Below are positions 8,375-17,870 of a stretch of 57,193 nucleotides of DNA, one piece after another. Origin of the DNA: Candidatus Hydrogenedentota bacterium (GTDB lineage: Bacteria; Hydrogenedentota; Hydrogenedentia; Hydrogenedentales; SLHB01); assembly GCA_045863295.1 (NCBI GenBank), contig BTWA01000039.1, positions 1 to 57,193 of the forward strand, in the 5' to 3' direction. Made by a program: the position numbers and the translations under genes. The notes beneath the pieces were generated by a model. That model was not told where the DNA came from. It saw only the letters and a program-made list of their open reading frames with translations, and did not search any database. How positions within the stretch are numbered: position 1 is the first letter of the stretch; each line of letters opens with the position of its first letter.

Positions 8375-11083
8375 TCACGTTACGCCCTCCATCGCAACGC
8401 CATCTCCCGGCACCCGCACGATGCGGGCACCCAGACCCGCATAGGGCGTGTCGTTGCAGGTAGCGATGACGATCTGACAGGCCTTGGCCGCTTCCTGGAG
8501 AATGAGGCAGAGGCGTTTCATACGGATGGGGTCGGCGTTTACGAGGCGATCGTCGATGACGACGAGGTTGCACTCCGCGCTGCTGACCAGTACGGCGATA
8601 GCGAGCCGCAGCAGGACCACCGTCTGTTCCTGGGCGCCGTGGCTGAGGCTCGTGAGGGGAAGATCGGCACTGTAGCGGGCCACGCGGACGCCGGCGGGTT
8701 TCAGGTCCTGGTCAATCTGAAGGACGTCGTAGTTGTCCTCGGTGAGAAGACGGAGCCAGCGGTTGACAATCTCCTGGACTGGACCCGATAGCGCCGCCGA
8801 GCGTTGCTTATCGTGGGCCAGCACGAGATCATGGAGAAGCTTCGCGCCATCGGCGCGGCGCTTAAGCACCTCGATACGCCGCCTCTTCCACTCAATCTCA
8901 ATTTCGGTGTCCGCGAGCTGACTGTAGTTCCCCTGCGCCGCCGCTTCCTCGATGCGTGCCCGCGTCTCCGCGATTTTGGTTCGGAGATCGCCTACTTGCC
9001 GCTCCAATTCCTGGACACGGCGTTGAGCCTGTTCGTGAAGCAGCCTCGGTGTCTCCACCTTCTCCGCGTAGTCGCCAAGGAGCGTTTCCAGATCCGCCGC
9101 TGTAATCTTGGCCTCTTCGCCAGCGCGCTCCACAAGCTCACGGAGGTGCTCGACGGTGCTGTAGGTCTTAAGGATCGCCGTGACACCTTCTTCGTGTGTC
9201 TTAATCTCGGCCTTATGTCCGGCCAACTGATTCGACGTGGTCTCCCGCGCACCCACGAGATCAAGGTGTTTTTGTAACGCGGCCTTTTCAGCTTTCTGCT
9301 CGTCGTCGATCTCGCGGACGAGTTGCTTTTTCTCCCGCTCCTTGGCGGCAATTTCGTCCCGGACCCACTGACCGCTCTTTTTCCGCGTCTCCGGCTGGAG
9401 AGCGCTTACGCCCCGCGTTTCTTCTTCGATTCCCCTCTTGACCCGCGCGATTTCGTCCTTGGCGTCTGGCTCGGCTGCTTCGGCTTCATCGAGGCTCTTC
9501 ACTAGCGTCGCGATGTCCCGATCTAGGTCGCGGCCCTTTTCATGTAGCGTCGCTATACCGTCCGCATCGGCCACACCGAAGCGTGTCAAGAATTGCTGGA
9601 ACTCTTGCTGGACCTTGTCTCTCTCGGCGACGAGGTCCTTCAAGGAGGCCGCATCGCTGCGCACCCGAATCTTTCCTACATTCTCAATTTCGAACTCGGT
9701 CGGTTCTGTGACGATGTATTCGTCTTCCTCGGCAGCACTCAGGCGGGGCGACGTTCTTACGTCGAGGGATTTGTTGGTCCACTCGAACGCCACCCGGATT
9801 GCGCTCGCCTCAACTTGCGCCTGGAGAACGCTGAGCTGCTTCGACACAGTCCCGAAACGCTTCCAATCCTTGTCGCTCGGGGACACGAGCTCGGCACGCT
9901 CTTTCCTGCGCGCTTCAAGTTGCGCTTCGATTTGGCTGACCTTTTCCAGGTGCTTCTCCAGGCGATCACGGTCCTTTTCGAGCTTCCGCAACCGTTCAAG
10001 GGCATGGAGGGCCTGGAGTTCGGTCTCAAGTTGCTTCAGACCGGGTTCAAGTTCCTCTTTCCAACGGCGTGCGTGGCGATCCCGTGCGGTTGCCTCCATC
10101 TTGATGTCGGCGGCGGCTTCCGACAGAGTTTCATCCAGTTCACCGATCTCGCTCCTAAGCGCCAGGATCTTCTTTTCAGTGTCTTCAATCTTAGACAAGT
10201 CCTGACGCAGACGCCGGGCCTTCTCTTCGGCTTCGCTCTTCGCCCGTTCCTTTGCCTCGCGGTCGCGTTCGTAGGCCTCCGCTGCCTGCACGCGTTCCGA
10301 CGATGCGGTCAGTTCGGCATTAGCATTGTCGAGCTCTGTTCGCTTCTCGGATTCCGAACCTTGAATCTCCTCCAAGTCCGAACGGTATGACTCGACGGAC
10401 TTGGCCTTTTCCAGTAGTCCGGCAAGGCGCTCCTCAAGCTTTGGCAACTCCGATTGCAGGCGCGCCAGATCGCTACTCGCAACGATGCGGCCTGTCGGCG
10501 TCCAATGCTCGCTGTAGCTTGCTTTGACCCGTTCCAGAACAGCCGTCTCGATGGGCGAGCGCGTGGCCAACGGCACGAGGCCCCCCAATCCCTGCTTTAC
10601 GCCGTTGTTCCAAGTTTTGTCAGGAATGGCCCCATCGGACTGGAGATACCACAGGGCTTGGGCCAGACCGCGGTGTTCGGAGCGTGCAGCTGTGCGCGAG
10701 GTCGCCTCGCCCCGCAGAATTTCGCGCAGTTGCGCGTCGGCTGCATCGCCCTCGTGATCCAACTCCCAAGATCCGCCGCGCTCGGAGTAAAGTTCGCTCC
10801 TGGCGTCTTGAAGGAAGCGCTTGACGGCCCGATACCGCTGCCCGTTCGCCCGGAACTGGATCTGTGCTTCCGGACCTAGGCTGCTGCCGATGGGCTGGAT
10901 GGCGCGAATCTCCTCCGTCTTGGAGTTGTGCCGGTCGAACAGTACGCGCGTGAGCGACTCGAAGAGCGTGGACTTGCCGGCCTCGTTTCTGCCCACCAAC
11001 AGATTGATGCCATCTTGGAAATGGAACGTGTGTGGTTCGCGGTAGCCACGCCAATTCTTGATCGTTATTTGTTCGATGATCAC
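8375..11083 (-). CDS. SbcC/Rad50 (YhaN-like) coiled-coil ABC ATPase
   Basis: Walker A GRNEAGKST, long coiled coil, signature LSHG, Walker B VVIDD. Overlaps the upstream nuclease stop. Confidence 0.88.
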   Translation of the reverse strand: MIIEQITIKNWRGYREPHTFHFQDGINLLVGRNEAGKSTLFESLTRVLFDRHNSKTEEIRAIQPIGSSLGPEAQIQFRANGQRYRAVKRFLQDARSELYSERGGSWELDHEGDAADAQLREILRGEATSRTAARSEHRGLAQALWYLQSDGAIPDKTWNNGVKQGLGGLVPLATRSPIETAVLERVKASYSEHWTPTGRIVASSDLARLQSELPKLEERLAGLLEKAKSVESYRSDLEEIQGSESEKRTELDNANAELTASSERVQAAEAYERDREAKERAKSEAEEKARRLRQDLSKIEDTEKKILALRSEIGELDETLSEAAADIKMEATARDRHARRWKEELEPGLKQLETELQALHALERLRKLEKDRDRLEKHLEKVSQIEAQLEARRKERAELVSPSDKDWKRFGTVSKQLSVLQAQVEASAIRVAFEWTNKSLDVRTSPRLSAAEEDEYIVTEPTEFEIENVGKIRVRSDAASLKDLVAERDKVQQEFQQFLTRFGVADADGIATLHEKGRDLDRDIATLVKSLDEAEAAEPDAKDEIARVKRGIEEETRGVSALQPETRKKSGQWVRDEIAAKEREKKQLVREIDDEQKAEKAALQKHLDLVGARETTSNQLAGHKAEIKTHEEGVTAILKTYSTVEHLRELVERAGEEAKITAADLETLLGDYAEKVETPRLLHEQAQRRVQELERQVGDLRTKIAETRARIEEAAAQGNYSQLADTEIEIEWKRRRIEVLKRRADGAKLLHDLVLAHDKQRSAALSGPVQEIVNRWLRLLTEDNYDVLQIDQDLKPAGVRVARYSADLPLTSLSHGAQEQTVVLLRLAIAVLVSSAECNLVVIDDRLVNADPIRMKRLCLILQEAAKACQIVIATCNDTPYAGLGARIVRVPGDGVAMEGVT

Positions 11084-12213
11084 GGCTGAGCCTCTCTGAC
11101 GAGTCGATGCAGGAGGACCCTCGCCTCGTTAACAGTCTCCGGATCCGCGACAGCGAATTCCCGTCCGGGTCCTTCAGGTAGCCTGCCGTCCAAGATGGCA
11201 TCGAGGTCTTCGTCAACCTGCAGGAGGAGGCCTTCCGGAATTGTCGCAAGTGCAAGCGGTGATGCGTCCAGCGCCTCCACCGGCCAGTCCAGGAAAAACG
11301 CCTCCGCCTCAAGTTCATCCCTTAAGGACCGCAGCTCATCCAATACGTCCGCCGATACATCCGGGTCAATTTGTGGAGTGATGCGGAGAAGTTGAGTCGA
11401 GAGTGGTCCGACATCGCGCACCGTGTTACGGAGTTGCTCGACGTCCGACGCGTCGCGAATCAGAAGTTCGTGCTCGGTCCACGTAAGAGCCCCTACCCGG
11501 TGTTTTGACACTATGGGTTCAGTTCTTGGGCCGGATATCTCGACGATAACAACGTTGCCTGGGTCTTTTTCGCTAAAGCTCGATTGCTCCATCGTGCCCG
11601 AGTATATGGTTCGCCCATGTTGTGCGAAACCATGCCAGTCGCCGAGCGCGAGGTAATCGAGACCCGCGGTATCAGCCCGCATGGCAGAGATCGGAAAATT
11701 GGTCCGCTCGGGCAAAATGTCCAATGCCCCATGCGCGATGCCTATCCGTATTCGTTTGTCGTCCGGTTCCCGCACCGGAATTCGTTCAGTCGGGTCAAGC
11801 GCACTCTGCTTTTGCTTCAAGGGCGCCGGGTATAGGGTGACGTCGTCGCGGAAGCGAACTTCGTTGGCCACGTGAAGCAACGTAACGTGGTCCCCGACAC
11901 GCTGCCAGCTTTGGCGGTCCCAGACGCCGCCGGCGATGTACGGATCGTGGTTGCCGGGCAATACGAATACGGGAATGGGAGCAAAGTTGTCGAGGACGGT
12001 GACTGTTTTTCGGACGACCAAATCGTCGACATCGTGGTGTTCGAACAGGTCGCCCGCTAGGAGCACGAAGTCGACGCCTTCACGCTTCGCCAACTCCATG
12101 ATCCGCTCGGCTGTCTCAAAACGCTTGGCGCGGACGTCCTTCGCCTTCTGTCCGGCATTGAGTGCTTTCATGCCCATCTGCCAGTCAGCAGTGTGGAGGA
12201 ATTTTACAGACAT
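11080..12213 (-). CDS. SbcD/Mre11-like metallophosphoesterase nuclease
   Basis: HTADWQMG, AGDLFE, PGNHD, AHG and LGDWH motifs. Confidence 0.92.
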   Translation of the reverse strand: MSVKFLHTADWQMGMKALNAGQKAKDVRAKRFETAERIMELAKREGVDFVLLAGDLFEHHDVDDLVVRKTVTVLDNFAPIPVFVLPGNHDPYIAGGVWDRQSWQRVGDHVTLLHVANEVRFRDDVTLYPAPLKQKQSALDPTERIPVREPDDKRIRIGIAHGALDILPERTNFPISAMRADTAGLDYLALGDWHGFAQHGRTIYSGTMEQSSFSEKDPGNVVIVEISGPRTEPIVSKHRVGALTWTEHELLIRDASDVEQLRNTVRDVGPLSTQLLRITPQIDPDVSADVLDELRSLRDELEAEAFFLDWPVEALDASPLALATIPEGLLLQVDEDLDAILDGRLPEGPGREFAVADPETVNEARVLLHRLVREAQP

Positions 12214-12298
12214 GGCGTGATCCTCCTGGGCGTGATACGCTGAATCCGTTCACGCATCCAGGTCAAGTGCACGTCAGGTGAGCAATAGCTTTCATTTG

Positions 12299-15200
12299 TC
12301 ATACCTGCCCGACCTCCATGATTTGCGTATGCCCAATACGCACTCCTCCGGATTCAACGGTCGCGCGAATGGTGCGCTCGACGGATTGGGCGCGGCTAAA
12401 CGGCTTGACGAGGAGGTTTGTAAAGGGATCCTGCACACGAACGAGTTGCGGAGATGATGATCCGCACTGGTAGACGACGTACAGCCAGTAATCTTCGCGC
12501 AGGTTACAGGCTCGCGCCCATTCGTTGTCCGTCACCTGAATTTCGCCGACGCCGATGCACCCTTTAACCTCTATGCACCGCCGCCGCTGACCGGGACGCG
12601 TACTAAGCAGATCGAACCCCGGATGCTCCGGCAAACCCGCGGCCCGGGCGAGCTTGGCCGTGTGAACGAACTTCACGCTGCCGCCCTCGGCCTCTTCGAA
12701 GGCCTTGGCGAGGTCCATTGCGATCTGTTCCACGTTCGCGTCGCGCCATTCGAGGTCCGCGGGATCGGTGGAGGGCACGACCAATGCATGGGCAATGAAG
12801 TCGACATCGCCTGGGACGAGCAACTCGGGTTCGCGTCGGATGATGCTCAGCGCGCGTTCGCGGCGGTCTCCCAACTCGCGTTGCTGCGTTTTGATTTGCG
12901 TCAATTCCGCGGCAGCGCCTTTGTTGCCAGCGCGGGCCTTCTGGCTCAGCTTGCCCCTCGCCGCGGCGAGCTCCGCCTCTTGATAATCGAACCCGCGGCG
13001 GACGAAGGTCTCGCGTTCAGGGAGGGTCGCCATGCGCCGTTCGCGGCATTCGACCGCCAATGATCGACAGACCCGTTCGGTGAGGTAGGCACGGGCCTGG
13101 TCGCGCTGGCGTGATGCGTCCACTGCGAGTCGCTGTGCCTGGGGAGGCAAACCATGGCCGCCGCGCAGGAGGAGCAAGTGCTCGATGGGACACACGGAGA
13201 TTTCGGCACTCTCGGTCTGCTTGATGCCGACCAGACGGCACTCGACCGTTTCTTCGTGCGCCAGTTCCGTGAACTCCGGATCCGCTTTTCGGATAACCGT
13301 CAGACGAGCGAGGTGGAAGAGATAAGGTTTATCCGCTGTAGGATCCACGAACACCGCGCCGCGCAGGGCATCTTTGCCAAGTTTCTCGCGCACGAGTCCG
13401 CGAAAACGCTCAAAGACCGGCTCGCCGGGATGCACCCAAACGCAGGACTGCCGGTCGTCGGGACGGACGACGGACAGGCGCTGGGCCTGCACGGCGGGGT
13501 AGGCGTCGAGAGCAGGGAGAAGCGGATCGATGGCCCCCTTCCGCGCGGGGCGAAGGCGAAATATGCCGCCCAGGTCACCATCCACATCGATGCCGATTTG
13601 CGGCGCAGCAGACGCGATGAACTTGCGCACATAGCCGGGCAGCAAACGGAAGTAGGTTTCTTGCTCAATGCTCTCGCGAAGCCGGGGGAGTTCCCGTTTC
13701 ACGTCTCCGCCATCGCCGTACAGGCGACGCTCCTGCTCCTGAATGGCCTTGACCTGTTCTGCGGTCAGACGGCCCTCCAGTTCGGACGCAATCTGGTCGA
13801 CGTCGTCGCCGGCAGCGATCCGTTCCATATAGGTCTTAATGGAAACCTCGGTGAAGATGCGGCCTATGCTGTCGAAGACCTTGTCGGACTTGAGTTGCTT
13901 TCGGATCTTTTCGAGCTTCTCCAACAGAGTCTTGAGGACGCGCCCTTCCCGGGTCGCTGGAGCGACGAGATTCAGAATGATTACCGGGTCGTGCTTCTGT
14001 CCATAGCGGTGGATGCGCCCCATCCGTTGTTCGAGGCGCGCTGGGTTCCAAGGCACATCGTAGTTGATCATAATCCAGCAGAACTGGAGATTGACGCCCT
14101 CTGCGGCCGCGTCGGTGCAAACCATGAAGCGAGCGCCGCCTTCGGATGCGGGGGCGCGGAAGCGGTCTATTTGTTCTTGGCGTTCCGTGAAATGCATGCC
14201 ACCGTGTATCTGCGCAATCTGGCCGGTGTATCCGAGACCGCTCAGGCGTCGCGTGAGGAATTCAAGCGTGTCGCGATGCTCGGTGAAGACGAGAAGTTTT
14301 TCCTGGGCGTACTTGTCGTCCGTGACAACGTCGCGCAACTTCTCGAACTTCGATTCGATGCCACGCTGATACACCGACTCTGCAAGATCGCGCAACTGCA
14401 CGACTTGCTCACGCTCCGCGATTAGGTCCGCAAGCGACGCCGCGATAACGCCCTGGAGCAACTTCTCTTCGGAGGCTTCGTTTTCTTCGATGCCTTCTTC
14501 CTGGGATTCCTCATCCGCCGACTTCGATTCGAACACATCGTCGTCTTCGCGAATCCTGCGCTGGAGCGTGATGAGCTGCTCAATCGTAATGCGACCCGAC
14601 TGAACGTCATCAATAATTCCGTTGAGCTTCGCGATGCGGCGTTTGAAAGAACACAGCAACGCATACGTTGAACTTGCCAGACGGCGCTGGAAAACACCCA
14701 TGGCCAAACGCGCGGCCGATTGGTTCAAGAGCTTCGCGCGGTTGTACACATAACGAAGGTATTCCGTTGTTTCGTCGTACAGCTTCTGCTCGCTGATATC
14801 CCCCTGCGAAAGCGCGTAGCCGAGTGTGTCAGAGAAACGCTTTGGATATAGGGGCTGCCCGTCAAGCCGGACCATTTCCTCCTTCGTACGCCGGATGAAA
14901 TAGTGGTGGCGCTGCGAGGATGGGAAATCGCTGAATGCTTCTGGAGTCGATAGTACGTCCGGTTCCAGCAAACGCCACAGGGCATAATATGGATACTCCT
15001 TGCCCATGTGCGGAGTGGCGGTCAACAGCAGCAGGTGATGCGCATGCCAAGGCAATTGCCAACCGCGTTCCCGGTTGTCGACACCAGCGAGCGCTTCGGC
15101 GAGTTTGTAACGTCCGGTTTTTCGAATACGGAAATCGGCGCCGCGGTCGCAGGATAGTTTGTGCGCTTCATCGAAAACGACGAGTTCGTAGGGTTCTACG

Positions 15201-15910
15201 CCCTCCTCACCGAGACGGCCAAAGACCTTATCGCCGGCCAAGGTATCGACACTAACAATGACGCGATCACCGCCCGGACCGACAAAGGGGTTCCGATTCT
15301 TGGCGTCGCTACCACTTACAATGGTGAACGATAGTCCGAAAAGAATCTGAAGCTCCCGTTGCCAGTTTCCGACGAGTCCCGCGGGTGGAACGATTAGCAC
15401 GCGGCTCAAGACCCGGCGGGACAGCATCTCCCTGATGTAGAGGCCAGTCATGATCGTTTTGCCCGCGCCCGCGTCGTCGGCGAGGAGGAATCGCAGGCGA
15501 GCCTGCTTGAGCATGTGGTCGTAAACTGCGATGCGCTGGTGGGGCAGCGGGTCGATGCTCGCGATTTCGGTTGCGAAAGTTGGGTTGGCGAGATGGCCGA
15601 AGGAAAGACGTTCTCCTTCGACGAGGCACTTCACCACGTCGGGGACTACCGTAAAGTCGATTTTCGGCGGCGCGTTGCCATACGGAGGAGGTTCGGGTTC
15701 GGCTACGTGAGATGGTTCATCAAACTCCTCGGCAATCTGGCGCAAGCGATTCCAGGAGAGTTGCGACGGCTCCGACTTTCCGTTCTCCCACCGATTTACC
15801 GTCGGAAAAGAGACACCAAGCCGCTCCGCTAGGCTTACTTGGGTTAGCCCAAGTCGTGCGCGAAGCCGCTTTATTTCCTCGGCAAAGTTTTCGGTCGGAG
15901 TCGACTCCAT
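12299..15910 (-). CDS. XRE-HTH + SNF2-family helicase + C-terminal DUF3883-like nuclease domain
   Basis: N-terminal LGLTQVSLAERLGVSFPTVNRWENGK; ADDAGAGKT, DEAH, TATPH, EGVNLQ, EQRMGRIHRYGQ; C-terminal GFDLLS...IEVKG...NEW...YWLYVV. Confidence 0.92.
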   Translation of the reverse strand: MESTPTENFAEEIKRLRARLGLTQVSLAERLGVSFPTVNRWENGKSEPSQLSWNRLRQIAEEFDEPSHVAEPEPPPYGNAPPKIDFTVVPDVVKCLVEGERLSFGHLANPTFATEIASIDPLPHQRIAVYDHMLKQARLRFLLADDAGAGKTIMTGLYIREMLSRRVLSRVLIVPPAGLVGNWQRELQILFGLSFTIVSGSDAKNRNPFVGPGGDRVIVSVDTLAGDKVFGRLGEEGVEPYELVVFDEAHKLSCDRGADFRIRKTGRYKLAEALAGVDNRERGWQLPWHAHHLLLLTATPHMGKEYPYYALWRLLEPDVLSTPEAFSDFPSSQRHHYFIRRTKEEMVRLDGQPLYPKRFSDTLGYALSQGDISEQKLYDETTEYLRYVYNRAKLLNQSAARLAMGVFQRRLASSTYALLCSFKRRIAKLNGIIDDVQSGRITIEQLITLQRRIREDDDVFESKSADEESQEEGIEENEASEEKLLQGVIAASLADLIAEREQVVQLRDLAESVYQRGIESKFEKLRDVVTDDKYAQEKLLVFTEHRDTLEFLTRRLSGLGYTGQIAQIHGGMHFTERQEQIDRFRAPASEGGARFMVCTDAAAEGVNLQFCWIMINYDVPWNPARLEQRMGRIHRYGQKHDPVIILNLVAPATREGRVLKTLLEKLEKIRKQLKSDKVFDSIGRIFTEVSIKTYMERIAAGDDVDQIASELEGRLTAEQVKAIQEQERRLYGDGGDVKRELPRLRESIEQETYFRLLPGYVRKFIASAAPQIGIDVDGDLGGIFRLRPARKGAIDPLLPALDAYPAVQAQRLSVVRPDDRQSCVWVHPGEPVFERFRGLVREKLGKDALRGAVFVDPTADKPYLFHLARLTVIRKADPEFTELAHEETVECRLVGIKQTESAEISVCPIEHLLLLRGGHGLPPQAQRLAVDASRQRDQARAYLTERVCRSLAVECRERRMATLPERETFVRRGFDYQEAELAAARGKLSQKARAGNKGAAAELTQIKTQQRELGDRRERALSIIRREPELLVPGDVDFIAHALVVPSTDPADLEWRDANVEQIAMDLAKAFEEAEGGSVKFVHTAKLARAAGLPEHPGFDLLSTRPGQRRRCIEVKGCIGVGEIQVTDNEWARACNLREDYWLYVVYQCGSSSPQLVRVQDPFTNLLVKPFSRAQSVERTIRATVESGGVRIGHTQIMEVGQV

Positions 15911-15939
15911 TCATCTTGTCCTAGTCTGAACTTTGAAGA

Positions 15940-15968
15940 AGTATAACAAACTTTATATCAGCGATCAA
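15940..15968 (-). promoter_or_regulatory. Putative sigma70 promoter of the defence operon with overlapping palindrome
   Basis: Minus strand TTGATC-N17-TATACT. TATAA-caaact-TTATA palindrome at 15942-15957 overlaps the -10 and spacer. Confidence 0.5.
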
Positions 15969-16760
15969 CACAACACGCGATATATGGCGTATCGCGGACT
16001 TTCTCGCGGTTTGATTAGAATAGGTGCCATTGGCGTAAGGCACTGAATAAGAAGAACTTATAGCATAACAAGTGCGGTCGACCCTGGAAAATGCCTCTTG
16101 AGATGTTTGCCGTGACACTGGAGCATCGTCAAACCAAAGGCGCCGAGCAGACAGACCCGGGATAGATCGCGTCCGAGGCCAAAGCGGTGCGTCACCCCCG
16201 ATTTCCAACCGATTGAAAGACTTTTCCAATAGACAGACAATACCCGCGATTCGACATACAATGTGGTCCGTCATGCAATTCAATTCGTCAGTTGCAGACA
16301 GGGAGAGTGACTCACGGGTGAAGACTTACGCCTTTCGGCGTCAACGGCTGTTGACGCGAGGGCGTGGAAGGATGAATGCTAGCGTAACCTTTGTGCGTGA
16401 CAGGAGGGATCCAATTCCCCAAGTGTTCAGTACCCTTCTCGCTGCTGCGAGCATGGCTTCTGGCGACCGGTGCTGCGCAATACCTGCAAGGGCATGACCG
16501 GTCATGAGTATCGCACGCCGTTTAGACAGGAATTTGACTGCGTCCGGCCGAGTCGGCAAACCCGTCCGCAGATCCGCAAGAAACGCTCATCTGTCGGCAC
16601 TACTTTTAGGCGGCAGGCCGTCAGTTCCAACACCTTCGTGTTCGGTAGATTGAAGAACCCCTGGTCTCCCCTGACAGGTCGCGGGGCAAGTATCATTTCC
16701 GGCAACACTCACAGAACTTCTCACCGCAAACTGTTACTGCAAAAGAACTTGAGATGTCAA

Positions 16761-16787
16761 GCTCGTTGGGGTCATAATCCAACGAGC
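16761..16787. repeat. Perfect 9-bp inverted repeat (hairpin), resembling a tRNA-Met anticodon region
   Basis: GCTCGTTGG-ggtcataat-CCAACGAGC, flanked by TTACTGCA direct repeats at 16734-16741 and 16789-16796. Confidence 0.5.
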
Positions 16788-16971
16788 CTTACTGCACCAA
16801 CCTTAGGGGCTAATAGTCACTAGTCGGCGGACAAGGTCCCGCCCCGGTAGGCTGAGCGTTCCCCAATGAACAAGTCGCGAACAATTACAGATGCGGCATC
16901 CGGTTGAATGCTGCGACAAGTTTGTGCTCCTGTCTAGTGGCGGTCTGCGTGGTGACCGCATGCCACCTGAT

Positions 16972-17292
16972 TCAGACTGTGACCAAGCGATCGGAGTCTC
17001 GCACGATCTCGTAGTGGTCTTTGAGCGTGGAGAGGGGACAGACCTCCGAGCCTTTGGAGTTGCGCAGTTCCAAGCACGTTCCACAAGCGAGGAACTCACC
17101 GCCCGCATCGAGAACCTTCTGGGCCTGTGCCCTAACATCGAATTTCGCATCCTCAATCTGGTCGATTTCAACGCCACGTCCCGAAAGAAAGATGCGCACT
17201 TCGTCGCCCTGCTCAAGGCTGTAGAGCGCCAGGCGAAGAGCGTTATAGACGGTCTCCGGGTCGGTCTGCGTGATGGTCATCCCAAGTTTCAT
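16972..17292 (-). CDS. DsrE-family sulfur-relay protein
   Basis: 106 aa with NALRLA, VRIFLSGRGVE and ACGTCLELR. Confidence 0.85.
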   Translation of the reverse strand: MKLGMTITQTDPETVYNALRLALYSLEQGDEVRIFLSGRGVEIDQIEDAKFDVRAQAQKVLDAGGEFLACGTCLELRNSKGSEVCPLSTLKDHYEIVRDSDRLVTV

Positions 17293-17870
17293 GGTGTGGT
17301 TATCCTCTTGCGGCCGATCAAGCCATAGTGATACGGGGGCAAATCCACGACGCCTTTCTCAACATCGAAACCCGCCTCCTCGATCCATCGTTGGCAATCT
17401 TCAGGACGTGGGCGGATCTCCATCGAAGGCCCGCGAGGTGTGGTCGCATCATAGTTCCAGTGGATGACCCCTACGCGGCCTTGTGGTCTAAGAATTCGCC
17501 ATGCCTCCCGCAGTAGAAGTAGTGGCTTCTCAGCGTGGAGAATATTGAACAGCATGACGTAATCAATTGAGTCAGCCTCGATTCCCGTACCCTCTTGAAC
17601 AAAATCGCGGAGATGGAGTTGGAGATTGTCGACGCCCGCCTCGCGAGCGCGACGCCCACACTCCTCGAGCATCGATGACTCGATATCCAATCCGTAGAGT
17701 GTACCTTGAATACGCCTTGCCGCTGGCAGCGCGAACGTTCCATAACCGCAACCGAAGTCAACCGCCTTCTTGACGTGGTTGTCCAGTCTCAGCGTGTCAA
17801 GGATGGCCTCAGGATCAAAGAACGAACGCCATGTTTCCTCCTCCGGCATTCCGCTTTCGCGCGTCTTCAT
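17289..17870 (-). CDS. Class I SAM-dependent methyltransferase
   Basis: VDFGCGYG, LDI and ILRPQG motifs. Start MKTRESG overlaps the upstream stop. Confidence 0.88.
   Translation of the reverse strand: MKTRESGMPEEETWRSFFDPEAILDTLRLDNHVKKAVDFGCGYGTFALPAARRIQGTLYGLDIESSMLEECGRRAREAGVDNLQLHLRDFVQEGTGIEADSIDYVMLFNILHAEKPLLLLREAWRILRPQGRVGVIHWNYDATTPRGPSMEIRPRPEDCQRWIEEAGFDVEKGVVDLPPYHYGLIGRKRITTP

Noticed and set aside
13154..14425. 423-aa plus-strand ORF, and similar long antisense ORFs (24908-26230, 41249-42364, 43567-44895)
   Set aside because: Opposite clear genes, no motifs; expected in high-GC DNA.
16740..16810. Intact tRNA gene
   Set aside because: Only an anticodon-like segment is present; no T-arm (GTTC) or acceptor stem.
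15921..16823. Short ORFs in the gap after the defence operon
   Set aside because: No recognisable motifs or RBS; treated as intergenic or decayed sequence.
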